Origin: Candidatus Eiseniibacteriota bacterium
Lineage (GTDB): Bacteria > Eisenbacteria > RBG-16-71-46 > DASYSL01
Direction of reading: 5' to 3'
DNA: 64,000 bases
NCBI GenBank assembly: GCA_031431875.1
Contig: JANPEF010000061.1
Location: forward strand, 43,412 to 107,411
Shown one piece after another: positions 36,322-46,900 of this stretch. Under the pieces are notes generated by a model that worked only from the letters and a program-made list of their open reading frames with translations, did no database searches and was not told the origin of the DNA. Made by a program: the position numbers and the translations under genes. The stretch's first letter is position 1, and each line of letters opens with the position of its first letter.

Positions 36322-37938
36322 ATGCGCCCGCGCCACCTGGGAATCGCCGCCTTTCTCGTCGCCCTCTTCGGCGCCGGATTCATCGTCGGCAAGAGCCCGG
36401 CCGGGGCCGAGAGTTCGTACCGCGAACTCGACGCTTTCGTCGAGGTGCTGGGGAAGATCCAGCGCGACTACGTCGAGCCGGTGGACACGAAGAAGCTGGT
36501 GCGCGGCGCCATCGACGGGATGATGAAGGACCTCGATCCGTTCTCGCAGTACATGGACCTCGCCGACTACGCGGAGCTCAAGAGCGTGACCCAGGGCCAC
36601 TTCGGCGGCCTCGGCATCGTCATCTCGATCCGCGACGAGTATCCGACCGTGATCTCCCCGCTCGAGGGAACGCCGGCCTACTCGCAGGGCATCCAGAGCG
36701 GCGACGTCATCGTCAGGATCGCCGGCTCCTCGACGCGTGGCTGGTCGAACGAGGAGGCGGTGCAGAAGCTGCGCGGGCCCGAGGGCACGGACGTGACGAT
36801 CACGATCGCGCGGGCGGGTGAGGAGGAGCGCGACTACACGATCAAGCGCGAGGAGATCCGCGTGAAGAGCGTGCCCTACGCGTTCGAGGTCGCCCCGGGC
36901 GTGGGGTACATCCGCGTTTCGACGTTTGCCGAGACGACCGGCGAGGAAGTGCGCGCCGCGATCGACCGGCTGGAGAAGGCCGGCGCCCATTCGCTCGTGC
37001 TCGACCTGCGCGACAATCCCGGCGGCCTCCTGTCCCAGGCGGTGGACGTGACCGAGTCGTTCGTGCCCAAGGGCAGCCTCGTCGTCTACACGAAGGGCCG
37101 CTCGGCAGGTTCCGAGGTGAAGGCCTTCGCCGAGGGCACGGATCCGCACACCGAGCAGCCGCTCGTGGTCCTGTCGAACGGTGGCAGCGCCTCGGCGTCG
37201 GAGATCGTGGCCGGGGCTCTGCAGGACCTCGATCGCGGGCTCGTCGTGGGCACGACGTCGTTCGGCAAGGGTTCGGTCCAGAGCCTGATCGAGCTGCAGG
37301 ACCGCGGCACGGCGCTCAAGCTGACGACGGCGAAGTACTACACGCCGAGCGGCCGCTCGATCCACCGCGACACATGGAACAAGAGCACGCGCGATCTCGA
37401 GCGCGCGGCCGAGGATGGCTCGCTCGATCGGCTGGCCGATCCCGATGCGCCAGGCGGAGCCCACGGCGACTCGGCGGCCGGCGACTCGGCGGCGCGGCCG
37501 ACATTCAAGACGCGCGCGGGACGCCTGGTCTACGGCGGCGGCGGGATCACGCCCGACGAGGTCGTGCGCGCCGACACGCTGCAGGCACTGTCGCGCGAGG
37601 TCGAGCGCCGCGGGTTGTTCTTCAAGCACGCCGTGCGCTGGGCGGCGGCGAACCCGGGCGCCACGGCCCCGGGCACGGTGTCGCCGGCGATGTGGAACGG
37701 ATTCGTCGGCCTGCTCGCCGAGACGAAGACGCCGTACACGCCGACGCAACTCGCGGGCGAGCGCACCTACCTCGAGCGCGGCATCCGCCGCGAGCTGTCG
37801 CGCCGCCTGGGCGGAGCGCGCGGCGACGAATCCGCGTTCAAGGTCGCGATCGAGGGCGACGTGCAGCTGGCGAAGGCGATCGAGCTGCTGGGCCGTGCCC
37901 GGACTCCCGGCGAGCTCGTCCGTCTCTCGGTCCGATGA
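36322..37938 (+). CDS. ctpA: S41 carboxyl-terminal processing protease (PDZ-containing)
   Basis: LDPFSQY, GGLGI, DLRDNPGGLL, SASASEIVAGALQD, SFGKGSVQ, TAKYYTPSGRSI. Confidence 0.93.
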   Translation: MRPRHLGIAAFLVALFGAGFIVGKSPAGAESSYRELDAFVEVLGKIQRDYVEPVDTKKLVRGAIDGMMKDLDPFSQYMDLADYAELKSVTQGHFGGLGIVISIRDEYPTVISPLEGTPAYSQGIQSGDVIVRIAGSSTRGWSNEEAVQKLRGPEGTDVTITIARAGEEERDYTIKREEIRVKSVPYAFEVAPGVGYIRVSTFAETTGEEVRAAIDRLEKAGAHSLVLDLRDNPGGLLSQAVDVTESFVPKGSLVVYTKGRSAGSEVKAFAEGTDPHTEQPLVVLSNGGSASASEIVAGALQDLDRGLVVGTTSFGKGSVQSLIELQDRGTALKLTTAKYYTPSGRSIHRDTWNKSTRDLERAAEDGSLDRLADPDAPGGAHGDSAAGDSAARPTFKTRAGRLVYGGGGITPDEVVRADTLQALSREVERRGLFFKHAVRWAAANPGATAPGTVSPAMWNGFVGLLAETKTPYTPTQLAGERTYLERGIRRELSRRLGGARGDESAFKVAIEGDVQLAKAIELLGRARTPGELVRLSVR

Positions 37939-37941
37939 CGA

Positions 37942-38047
37942 GCGGGTCGGGGCAGGGGCCGGCGGCTCAGGCATTCGGTTCCTGCACGTCGGCCTTCAGC
38001 CGACATGCAGGAACCTCAACTCGCCGGCGGCCCCTGCCCCGACCCGC
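37942..38047. repeat. Long nested palindrome (REP/MITE-like)
   Basis: Outer IR 37942-37966 with 38023-38047 (24/25). Inner IR 37977-37993 with 37999-38015 (16/17). Confidence 0.75.
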
Positions 38048-38140
38048 ACGAGCGGTCGTGACTGAGACGCGCACGAGCCCGCCGGCCGCGCGCGAGCCCG
38101 CGCAGACGATGGCGCAGGCGTGGTACGTCCCGCCGGTCGA

Positions 38141-38248
38141 GGGTGGGGTCGTGGGGGGTCCGGGGCGAGTTGAGGAGCGTTCGCCGCGGCCGCAGGCCGT
38201 GGAGAACGCGACGAATGTCTGAGCCACGGACCCCCCACGACCCCACCC
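38141..38248. repeat. Long palindrome overlapping the start of the HAD phosphatase gene
   Basis: Perfect 22-bp IR 38141-38162 with 38227-38248, plus an inner imperfect stem. Confidence 0.75.
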
Positions 38249-38913
38249 CCGGCACGAGGACGCACTACGTCTGCGACTTCGACGGCACGGTTGCGCAGGA
38301 CGACGTCGGCAATCGCTTCTTCCGCACGTTCACGACCGATGCCGTGGCGTGGGCGGCGATCATCGACGAATGGTTCGCGGGCACGCTGGGCGGGCGCGAG
38401 GTGCTGGCCCGCGAGTGCGCGTTGGTCGACGTCGACGAGCTGCGCCTCGCCGCATTCGTCGACGCGCACGCCCTCGACCCGGCGTTCGCGCCGTTCGTCG
38501 CGGCGGTGCGGGCCGCGGGCGACGAGGTGACGATCGCGTCGGACGGCTTGCTGCTCTACATCCGCCCGCTGCTCGACCGGCACGGCCTCGCCGGGGTGCA
38601 GGCGCGCTCGAACGACGCGCGCTTCGTCGCCGGGCGTCTCGAGCCGAGCTTCGGCACGCCGCCGGGCGAGGGCTGCGGTCGCTGCGGCACGTGCAAGGGC
38701 GCCGTCCTGGCCGCACTGGCGCCGGCGCACGCGCGCATCGTGTTCGTCGGCGACGGGCTGTCCGATCGCTGTGCGGCGCCGCGCGCCGATGTCGTCTATG
38801 CCAGGGACGACCTGATGACGTATTGCGTCGCGCAGGGAATTCCGGCGCGACCGTTCGAGACCTTCGAGGACGTGGCCCGCAGCGAGGGCCTGGTCCTCAC
38901 GGAGCTGCGATGA
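38215..38913 (+). CDS. HAD-IB phosphatase, MtnX-like
   Basis: CDFDGTV, IASDG, CGRCGTCK, FVGDGLSDRC. Confidence 0.85.
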   Translation: MSEPRTPHDPTPGTRTHYVCDFDGTVAQDDVGNRFFRTFTTDAVAWAAIIDEWFAGTLGGREVLARECALVDVDELRLAAFVDAHALDPAFAPFVAAVRAAGDEVTIASDGLLLYIRPLLDRHGLAGVQARSNDARFVAGRLEPSFGTPPGEGCGRCGTCKGAVLAALAPAHARIVFVGDGLSDRCAAPRADVVYARDDLMTYCVAQGIPARPFETFEDVARSEGLVLTELR

Positions 38914-40019
38914 GTCTTCGCATCGCCCACATCGAGGTCGAAGCGCCGGTCTTCCTCGCGCCCCTGGCGGGCGTCAGCGACGCGCCGTTCCGCCTGCTCT
39001 GCCGCGAGCAGGGGGCGGCTTGGGTGTGCTCCGAGCTGGTCTCCTCCGATGGGCTGATCCGCGGCAGCCAGAAGACGCTCGACTACCTCTACTTCTTCCC
39101 CGAGGAGCGGCCGGTCGGCGTGCAGCTGTTCGGCTCGGATCCGGCCGTCATGGCCGCGGCCGCGGCCTACGTCGCGGCGCGGCCGGCCGAGCTGCGACCC
39201 GACTTCATCGACATCAACATCGGCTGTCCCGTGCACAAGGTGGTGACGCGCGAGGCGGGGGCGGCCCTCCTGTGCAACCTGCCGCTGCTCGAGGAGATGG
39301 TGCGCGCCATCGTGGACGCCTCGAGCCTGCCCGTCACGGCGAAGACGCGCTGCGGCTGGGACAACGACCACAAGAACGGCGTCGAGGTGGCGCAGCGGCT
39401 CGAGCAGTGCGGTGTCGCCATGATCGCGATCCACGCGCGGACGCGGGCGCAGAAGTTCGAGGGTCTCGCCGACTGGAACGTGATCCGCGAGGCCAAGCAG
39501 AAGGTGTCGATCCCGCTGGTCGGCAACGGCGACGTGATGTCGCCCGCGGCGGCGAAGCGCATGCTCGACGAGACCGGTTGCGACGCGGTGATGGTGGGCC
39601 GCGGATCGTTCGGCAATCCGTGGATCTTCCGCGAGACCCGCGCGCTGCTCGAGCACGGCGTCGTGCTGCCGGTGGCGACGCCGCGCGAGCGCCTGGAAGC
39701 GCTGGTGCGCCAGTACCGCCTCGCGTGCACGATCATGAACCCGCGCCACGCCACCAACGAGATCAAGAAGCACGTCGCCTGGTATGTGAAGGGCCTGCCG
39801 CATGCCGTGCCGTTCAAGGAGCGCGGGCAGCGCATCGCCTCGCTGGACGAACTCGAGGCGCTGGCGGCCGAGTACCTGGCCGACCTCGAGGCGCGCGGCG
39901 TCGCCGACCTGCCGGGCGGGCTCGCGCCGCGTGCGCCGGCGCCGGTCGACGACGAACCGTTTCCGGCCGACGACGACGGCGCCGCCGAGGCCGCGTCGCT
40001 GGCCGCGCAGGAATCGTGA
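38910..40019 (+). CDS. dusB: tRNA-dihydrouridine synthase DusB
   Basis: LAPLAGVSD, QLFGSDP, DINIGCP, IHART, GNGDV, VMVGRG.FGNPWIF. Confidence 0.93.
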   Translation: MSLRIAHIEVEAPVFLAPLAGVSDAPFRLLCREQGAAWVCSELVSSDGLIRGSQKTLDYLYFFPEERPVGVQLFGSDPAVMAAAAAYVAARPAELRPDFIDINIGCPVHKVVTREAGAALLCNLPLLEEMVRAIVDASSLPVTAKTRCGWDNDHKNGVEVAQRLEQCGVAMIAIHARTRAQKFEGLADWNVIREAKQKVSIPLVGNGDVMSPAAAKRMLDETGCDAVMVGRGSFGNPWIFRETRALLEHGVVLPVATPRERLEALVRQYRLACTIMNPRHATNEIKKHVAWYVKGLPHAVPFKERGQRIASLDELEALAAEYLADLEARGVADLPGGLAPRAPAPVDDEPFPADDDGAAEAASLAAQES

Positions 40020-40810
40020 AGCGCGCCGCGCGCGCGGGCCGGGGCCGCGCCGCCGATCGCCTGCTGCGTGGTCTCGGCCCCGCCGGCGTGCCGTTCGACG
40101 CGGCCATCGATGCGTTGCTCGACGCCGCCGTCGATGGGCTGCCCGACGCCGTGCTCGATCACGACCGGGCGCGGCGCTGCGGCGCACCCGAGGTCGTCTT
40201 CGGGCAGGGGAAGTCGCCCGCGCAGACGGTGGCCATCGCCCGGCGCCTGCACGCGCGCCACGGACGCGTCCTCGTCACGCGCGCCTTGCCCGCCGTCCAG
40301 GAAGCGCTCGTCGCGGCGTTCGCGCCGGCGGGTGCCCGGGCGCTCGCTCCCGTGCACGTGAACGAGCGCGCGCGCACGGTGCGCATCGGCGCGCCACCGC
40401 GCGCCACCGGGCGCGTCGCGGTCGTCGCGGCGGGCACGGCCGACCTGCCCGTCGCCGACGAGGCCGCCGAGACGCTGATCGCGCTCGGCTCGCGCGTCGA
40501 GCGCGTCAGTGACGTCGGCGTGGCGGGGCTTCATCGCCTGGTGCCGCGGCTGCCGTTGCTGCGGCGTGCGCGGGTCATCGTGGTGGTCGCCGGGATGGAG
40601 GGCGCGTTGCCCGGCGTGGTGCAGGGCCTGCTCTCCCGGCCCGTCGTCGCTGTGCCGACCAGCGTCGGCTATGGCGCCCACTTCCGCGGTCTCGCCGCGC
40701 TGCTCGCCATGCTCAACTCGTGTGCGGCGGGGATCACGGTGGTGAACATCGACAACGGCTTCGGCGCGGGCTACGCCGCGCACCTGATCAATCGCACGGG
40801 GGTCAAGTGA
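40016..40810 (+). CDS. larB: Nickel pincer cofactor biosynthesis protein LarB
   Basis: PEVVFGQGK, AGTAD, DVGVAGLHR, AGMEGAL, VPTSVGYG, MLNSC, NIDNGFGA. Confidence 0.93.
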   Translation: MKRAARAGRGRAADRLLRGLGPAGVPFDAAIDALLDAAVDGLPDAVLDHDRARRCGAPEVVFGQGKSPAQTVAIARRLHARHGRVLVTRALPAVQEALVAAFAPAGARALAPVHVNERARTVRIGAPPRATGRVAVVAAGTADLPVADEAAETLIALGSRVERVSDVGVAGLHRLVPRLPLLRRARVIVVVAGMEGALPGVVQGLLSRPVVAVPTSVGYGAHFRGLAALLAMLNSCAAGITVVNIDNGFGAGYAAHLINRTGVK

Positions 40811-41988
40811 GGCTCGCCTGGTTTGACGCCGGCTCGGGGGCCTCGGGCGACATGCTGCTGGCGGCACTCGTCGACGCGGGGGCCTCGTTCGACGCGCTCG
40901 CCGGCCTGCCCGCGCGGCTCGGTCTCGCGGGCGTCACGCTCGAGCGTTCCGAGGTTCGCCGCGGCGCGTTTCGCGCCTGCCGCATCGAGGTCCGGGTCGA
41001 GGGCAAGCAGCCGCACCGGCACCTCGAGGACGTGCGCGCGATCCTCGATCGCGCCGGGCTGCCGCCCGTGGCGCTGGCGCGCGCCCAGGCCGCGTTCACG
41101 CGACTGGGCGAGGCCGAGGCGCAGGTGCACGGGACGAGCCTCGAACAGGTGCACTTTCACGAGGTCGGCGCCGCCGATGCGCTGGTCGACATCGCCGGCG
41201 CCTGCCTCGCGCTGACCGAACTCGGGGTGACGCAGGTGCACGCGACGGCGCTCGCGGTGGGCAGCGGCACCGTGCGTGCCGAGCACGGCGTCCTGCCGGT
41301 GCCCGCACCGGCCACCGCACGCCTGCTCGCGCTCGCGCACGCGCCGATCGACCTCGCGGCGCTCGAGGGCGAACGTCTCACGCCGACCGGCGCGGCGCTC
41401 CTGACGACGTGGGTCGAAGACTGGTCGCCGCCGCCGCCGTTTCGCGTGCTGGGGCAGGGCGTCGGCGCCGGCGGGCGCGACCCGGCGGACCGCGCGAACG
41501 TGCTGCGCGTCCTCCTCGGCGAGACGGCCGCGCCGGCGACGCGCCGCGAGATCGTCGTGCTCGAGACCGCGCTCGACGACGCGAGCCCCCAGGTCCTGGC
41601 CCACGTCGCCGCGCGGCTGCTCGAGGTGGGCGCGCGCGACACCTGGACGACGCCCGTCGGCATGAAGAAGGGGCGCCCGGGCGTGCTCCTGACCGTGCTG
41701 TGCGACCCGGCCGATGCCGACCGGCTGGCCGCCTTCCTGTTCGCCCAGACGCCGACGATCGGGCTGCGCCGCACCCGTGCCGAGCGCCTCGAGTTGGCGC
41801 GCGAGAGCGCCGTCGTCCACCTGCCCGAGGGCGATGTTGTACTCAAGGTGGTCACGCTGCCCGATGGCTCGCGCCGCGCCCGCCCGGAGTACGAGAGCCT
41901 CGCCGCGCTGGCGCGCGACAGCGGCCGCCCGCTCGACGCGCTCGCCGCCGAGGCGCTGCGCGCTTTCGACGCGCCGTTGCGCGGCTGA
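40807..41988 (+). CDS. larC: Nickel pincer cofactor biosynthesis protein LarC
   Basis: SGASGDM, VHFHEVGAAD, HGVLPVPAPAT, TPTGAA, ETALDD, MKKGRPG, PEYE. Confidence 0.93.
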   Translation: MRLAWFDAGSGASGDMLLAALVDAGASFDALAGLPARLGLAGVTLERSEVRRGAFRACRIEVRVEGKQPHRHLEDVRAILDRAGLPPVALARAQAAFTRLGEAEAQVHGTSLEQVHFHEVGAADALVDIAGACLALTELGVTQVHATALAVGSGTVRAEHGVLPVPAPATARLLALAHAPIDLAALEGERLTPTGAALLTTWVEDWSPPPPFRVLGQGVGAGGRDPADRANVLRVLLGETAAPATRREIVVLETALDDASPQVLAHVAARLLEVGARDTWTTPVGMKKGRPGVLLTVLCDPADADRLAAFLFAQTPTIGLRRTRAERLELARESAVVHLPEGDVVLKVVTLPDGSRRARPEYESLAALARDSGRPLDALAAEALRAFDAPLRG

Positions 41989-41999
41989 GTTCTCCGGCC

Positions 42000-43454
42000 G
42001 TGGCCGTGCCCCAGCTGCTCGCGCGCGGCCTCGTTGCGGCCCACCCCGGCCGGGCCGCCGACGAGCCCGCCGCCTGTGGACCGCTCGATCTTGCGCTCGC
42101 GCCCGGCGGCTTCCTCACCCTGATCGGCGGCAACGGGAGCGGAAAGTCGGCGCTCCTGGCGACGCTTGCCGGGCTGATCGCCCCCGTCGCAGGAACGGTC
42201 GCGATCGGCGGACTCGACCCATTCGCGGCAGCCACCCGGCGCGCCGCCCGGCTCGACGTGGGTGTGGTCTTCCAGGAGCCCGAAACCCAGCACCTCACCG
42301 ACGCGGTCGAACGCGAGATCGCCTTTCCCCTCGAGAACCTGGGCTGGGCCCGCGCGGACATCGTCGCCCGGGTCGATGCGGTCCTTGCCGCGCTGGGGCT
42401 CGAAGCGCTTCGCCATGCAGTGCCCGCGCACCTGTCGGGCGGGGAAGCGCAACGCGTCGCCCTTGCTGCAGCGCTGGCCCCGCGGCCCCGACTCCTCCTG
42501 CTGGACGAGCCCGCTTCGTACCTCGATCCGTCCGGCCGGGCGGCGCTCGTGGCGGCACTCGGGCCGCTGCGGGACTCCGGCACGGCGATCGTATGGAGCG
42601 CGTGTGCGCGCCATGAGTCGCCCGACGACGGCGCTGTCCTCGACCTGGGGAGCGGCAGCTCCGGCGCGCCCGTCGCGGCTCCGATTGCTGGACTCTCCGC
42701 CGGATGGGCGGGAACTCGCGGGCTCGGCACCCTGCTCTGGGAGGCCGCGGGCCTCACGCTCACGCGCGGCGACGCCCGCGGCACGATCCGACTGTGGGGC
42801 GGGCTTGACCTGCGGATTCTGGCGGGGGAGCGCCGGTTGCTTCGTGGCGACAACGGGACGGGGAAGACGGCACTGCTGGACCTGCTTGCCGGGCTCGTCC
42901 CGGCGCGCGCGGGGAGCGGACTGGCCGGGCACTTCCAGGCCGCGGCACCCGAGGGCGGCCCTCGTCCTCGACTTCGCTACCTGACCCAATTTCCGGAATC
43001 ACAGCTTTTTGGGGCGACCGTGGGGGCCGACGTGGCCTTCGGGGTGAGCGGTACAGGCGCCGCCGTCCGCGAACGAACCCTCGCCGCACTCGCCGCCGTC
43101 GGGCTCGACCCATGGGCGACCCTCGATCGATCCCCGGACTCCCTGAGCCTTGGCGAGCGCCGCCGGGTCGCCCTCGCCGGGGCCCTGATCGGGGATCCGG
43201 ACGTTCTCCTGCTCGATGAACCGACCGCGGGGCTCGACGAATCGGGGTGTTCCGCCCTGGAACATGCGCTCGAAGCCTGGGCGCTCGGCGGCGGCCTCCC
43301 CGGGGGAAGCGGGGCCGCCGAGATGCCCCGAACGCTCATCGTGGCCAGCCACGATCCGGCCTGGGCGGGGCATCCGGGGTGGCAATTGTGCTCGCTCCCG
43401 CACCCGGAGCGGGTCGTTGTGGGAGCTTCCGCGTCTCAGGGGTCGCGACCGTAA
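42000..43454 (+). CDS. ECF-type ABC transporter ATPase with two fused ATPase domains
   Basis: GGNGSGKS / LSGGE / LLLDEP and GDNGTGKT / LSLGE / LLLDEPT / SHD. VFQEPETQ and QFPESQLF resemble EcfA/EcfA'. Start uncertain. Confidence 0.82.
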   Translation: MAVPQLLARGLVAAHPGRAADEPAACGPLDLALAPGGFLTLIGGNGSGKSALLATLAGLIAPVAGTVAIGGLDPFAAATRRAARLDVGVVFQEPETQHLTDAVEREIAFPLENLGWARADIVARVDAVLAALGLEALRHAVPAHLSGGEAQRVALAAALAPRPRLLLLDEPASYLDPSGRAALVAALGPLRDSGTAIVWSACARHESPDDGAVLDLGSGSSGAPVAAPIAGLSAGWAGTRGLGTLLWEAAGLTLTRGDARGTIRLWGGLDLRILAGERRLLRGDNGTGKTALLDLLAGLVPARAGSGLAGHFQAAAPEGGPRPRLRYLTQFPESQLFGATVGADVAFGVSGTGAAVRERTLAALAAVGLDPWATLDRSPDSLSLGERRRVALAGALIGDPDVLLLDEPTAGLDESGCSALEHALEAWALGGGLPGGSGAAEMPRTLIVASHDPAWAGHPGWQLCSLPHPERVVVGASASQGSRP

Positions 43455-43467
43455 CGCACGAAATCGC

Positions 43468-43496
43468 TTGACACTTCCGGGACTTCCGCCTATCGT
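43468..43496 (+). promoter_or_regulatory. Putative strong sigma70 promoter for the large secreted protein
   Basis: TTGACA-N17-TATCGT, about 430 nt upstream of the ATG. Confidence 0.65.
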
Positions 43497-43928
43497 TTGC
43501 CGCGCACGAGGACAGAGGTGCCGAAGCGGCTTCTCGACTCGTTTTGCGGAATTGAACATTGAGCCGCCCCCAACTTTCCCCAGTGGGTCGGGCGTCCGTC
43601 GGTCAACCGTCGTTTCGACAGCAGTCGAGCACCACGCGTCGCACCACGCATCGACGTCGTACTCCATGGACTTCTCGGAGTCCGCAGCTTCGGAGGCGTG
43701 CGCACCGGCGATTCGAATTGTTTTCGATCTACACATCGTCTGATGACGAAATTGTCCAATCGAGAAAGGGGGGGTCGACACAACTGGTGATGTACGCAGC
43801 GAAGGCCCCGGCTCGCAGCCTGCGGATCCCAAGATCCGCGATCGCGCGTCGGAGCTCCGGAACCTCGCTCGCAGCAACCTGGGAAGATCCTCGCATTGCC
43901 CGAATGCATTGCGAATGGAGGTAGTGAG

Positions 43929-46900
43929 ATGAGAAAGGCGTTTATCGCAGTATTGCTCCTCGCCATCGGCGCCACCACGGCGTCGGCGGCAGTCGAGAGC
44001 ACCTCGTCGGATCCCGAAATCGTCCGGGCTCTGCGTGGCGGCTCGTCGGCTGGTGGGAGCGCGTTCGGTACGGCCAACTCGAATTGCGTTGCCGCTTCGT
44101 GCGACACCGTGTGGGTCGGTCACAGCAACGCCGGTCCGGGCGGTGCATTCCTCGGCGTGTCGATCGGCGGCGTCTGGAACTTCGACGACGGCATCGCCGG
44201 CACGGATTCGACGCAGGGCTGGCGGCGCTGGTCCATGCACTATCGTTCGGGTGGCACCCGTCCGGCCGCGGCGCGTCCGGAATGGGCCCTCGACTATGGC
44301 AACCAGATCAACGAGGGCAACACCGCCCTGTGGGCCGCGCGTGTCGGTGCGGGCCGCAAGTTCATCAAGACCGGCGTCGCGGGTGCGTGGCACTCGGACA
44401 CGATGGTCGGCGTCAAGACCAACATCGCCAACGGTGCTGAGCCGTCGGCGCTCCCGATCGCGGGTCTGCGTTCGGCGTGGTGCGGTCTGCGTGAGTCGGG
44501 TAACACCGTCGCGCAGGACGCCTTGACGGGGAACTACCTGAACGGCGATCTGCACACCGATCAGGGCAACGACCCGCTCACCACGCTGTCCGAGCTCCCG
44601 GGCTTCGCCAATCTCTGGGACCAGATGCTGTACAAGGACTTCGCGTCCTCGGGCAGCGGCACGGTCGCCTTCCGTCTCGCCACCGACATGTCGAACTTCG
44701 TCGACACGGTGTCGAACGGCTCGGGTTGGTTCAATCCGGATCCGACCAACATCGCGAACTTCGTCAACAACCCCGCGGACTCGTTCATGGTCTACGTCGG
44801 CTCGCCCAACGAGACGGCCTACGACACGAACCGCCGCTGGTTCTCCGAAGTCCTCGACCTGGGCAGCCCGCACCAGCAGCTGTTCAAGGTGTCGGGCAAG
44901 TTTCCGTTCGTCCAGGCCGATACGGCGCTGTCGGTTCCCTACGCCGGCATCACCACCGTGGGCGGCAACGTGCGTGTCGTGTTCCGCGTCAAGACCAACC
45001 GCGTTCGCGGTGACGTCACGACCGGCACGGCGACCGGCTTCAACTCGAAGGCCGGTGCCGCACTCCTCGACGAGGTTTCCGTCAACGGCGGCGCGGCTGA
45101 AGGCTTCGAGTCGGTCGGCCAGGTCACCGCGCGCAGCCTGATCGCGGACCTCGCGGTTGGCGGCGGTGCGTGGGCCACGACCGGCAAGCCGCCGGCCGTG
45201 TTCTTCCACATCGAGAACGTCGCGAACCTCCTCTACGAGGATCTCTGCGGCGCGGTTGGCGCTCCGACCCGTACCTGCAACCTCGCAGGCAACGTTCTGG
45301 TCGGCGGCAACCAGGATAACTCGAACCTGCTCGAGATCGAGCACTTCCAGATCGCCTTCTCGCCCACCGTGGACCTCGCGGTCCGCTCGGCGGCGCCCGG
45401 CACCAAGAACACGCAGGGCATCGACAAGGAGACGGCCCAGCGCACCTCGGCCATGCTCGAGTTCGATTTCTACTCGGGCAACATGGACCTGGATGAGTCG
45501 ATCTTCTATCGATATGCGGCCCGCGCCTACGCCCCTGCGACCTACAAGCAGCCGATCTCGGCCAGGCCCGTGTGGTCGAATGCCAACCTGTTTCCGTTCA
45601 TCATCTTCAACCCGGATCCGTTCTGCTACCGCGACTTCCAGACGCTCGGCGTCATGGGGATTCCGGTCGGCAGCGTGGACTCGCTGAAGATCGGCGTCGG
45701 CACGCACTCGTTCGGCTGGCGCTTCGGCGGTACGAACCTGGGCAACACGCGCGGCACGTACTTCGACAACCTCCGCCTCGGCCTGATCCGCGGTGGCGAG
45801 CTCCCGCCCCTGGCGCAGGAAGCGTGGAACAAGCTCCAGGATCAGTTCCCGTGGAACGAAGCCATCACTCCCGGGGACAACGCCTCGTTCGACACCACGG
45901 CGGCACTCATGCGCTCGGGCCTCAACATCGTCGCCCCGGCCAATGCGGTTGGCGTCGTGGCCGGTGACACGATGGCGGCCAACTCGCCGTTCGTCGGTGA
46001 CGGCATCGCGACCGGCGTTCGTCTCGACCTGATCTTCCGCATCGATCCGGGTCCGGGCAACTACGTGATCAAGGGCAACCGCGCCTCGGCGCTGGTCAAC
46101 CGGGATCCGGCGCATCCGTTCTTCGCCAGCTACCTGGCGAACAACGGCACGTTCGGCACCCCGGGCGGCCACGGCGGCACGTGGAATCGTCACGTCTGGA
46201 ACTCGGCTCGCATGGACTCGGCGGAAAACAACACGTACCCGATCAACTCGCGTGGCATCGGTAACCCGGGCACGCCGGTGTGGATGGGTGCGTTGCACGA
46301 GAGCGATCCGCGGTTCGTCGCCCTCGGCATCGACCACAGCGTCTGCTTCCTGGTCGATCCGAACGGCACCACCGACGAGAGCAACCTCGACTGCTCGGGC
46401 ACGCCGCCGATCGTCTACGGCGCGGTTTCGGGCACGACCAAGGAAGGTACGAAGATCATCCCCGACGGCTGGCTGACGCCGGGTTCGCACGTCGAGTACT
46501 TCCTGCGCCGCTCCACGATCGAGGCGCCGGCGTCGTTCGCCATGCTGTATGACACGACCACCGTGTTCACGCAGGATCCGGCGGGCTTCACCGACTCCGA
46601 TGCCGACCGCTGGTCGTCGGCGGACGTCCTTCCTGACATGTGGAAGTCGGGCCGCTACGGCGGCGCCGGCCTCGCCTGCATGCTCATGATCGACGGCAAC
46701 GATCGCCGCGGTGCCGAGCGCGCTTACATGGGTGCTGCGGACTCTGCGGGCTACGGCAAGAACAACGGTGCCAAGAAGGGTTGGAAGGGTCTCGGCGCGG
46801 GTTCGGATCCGAACGATCCGGCCGGCTTCGTCGCCGCCAACCTCGGTCAGGCCGGCCTGAACTTCGATCTCTACGAGATCAAGGCGTCGGAGTCGGTCGA

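Noticed and set aside
43497..43928. Known riboswitch (c-di-GMP, cobalamin, TPP, SAM) in the long leader
   Set aside because: No consensus elements were recognised by eye. It is kept only as an unexplained leader.
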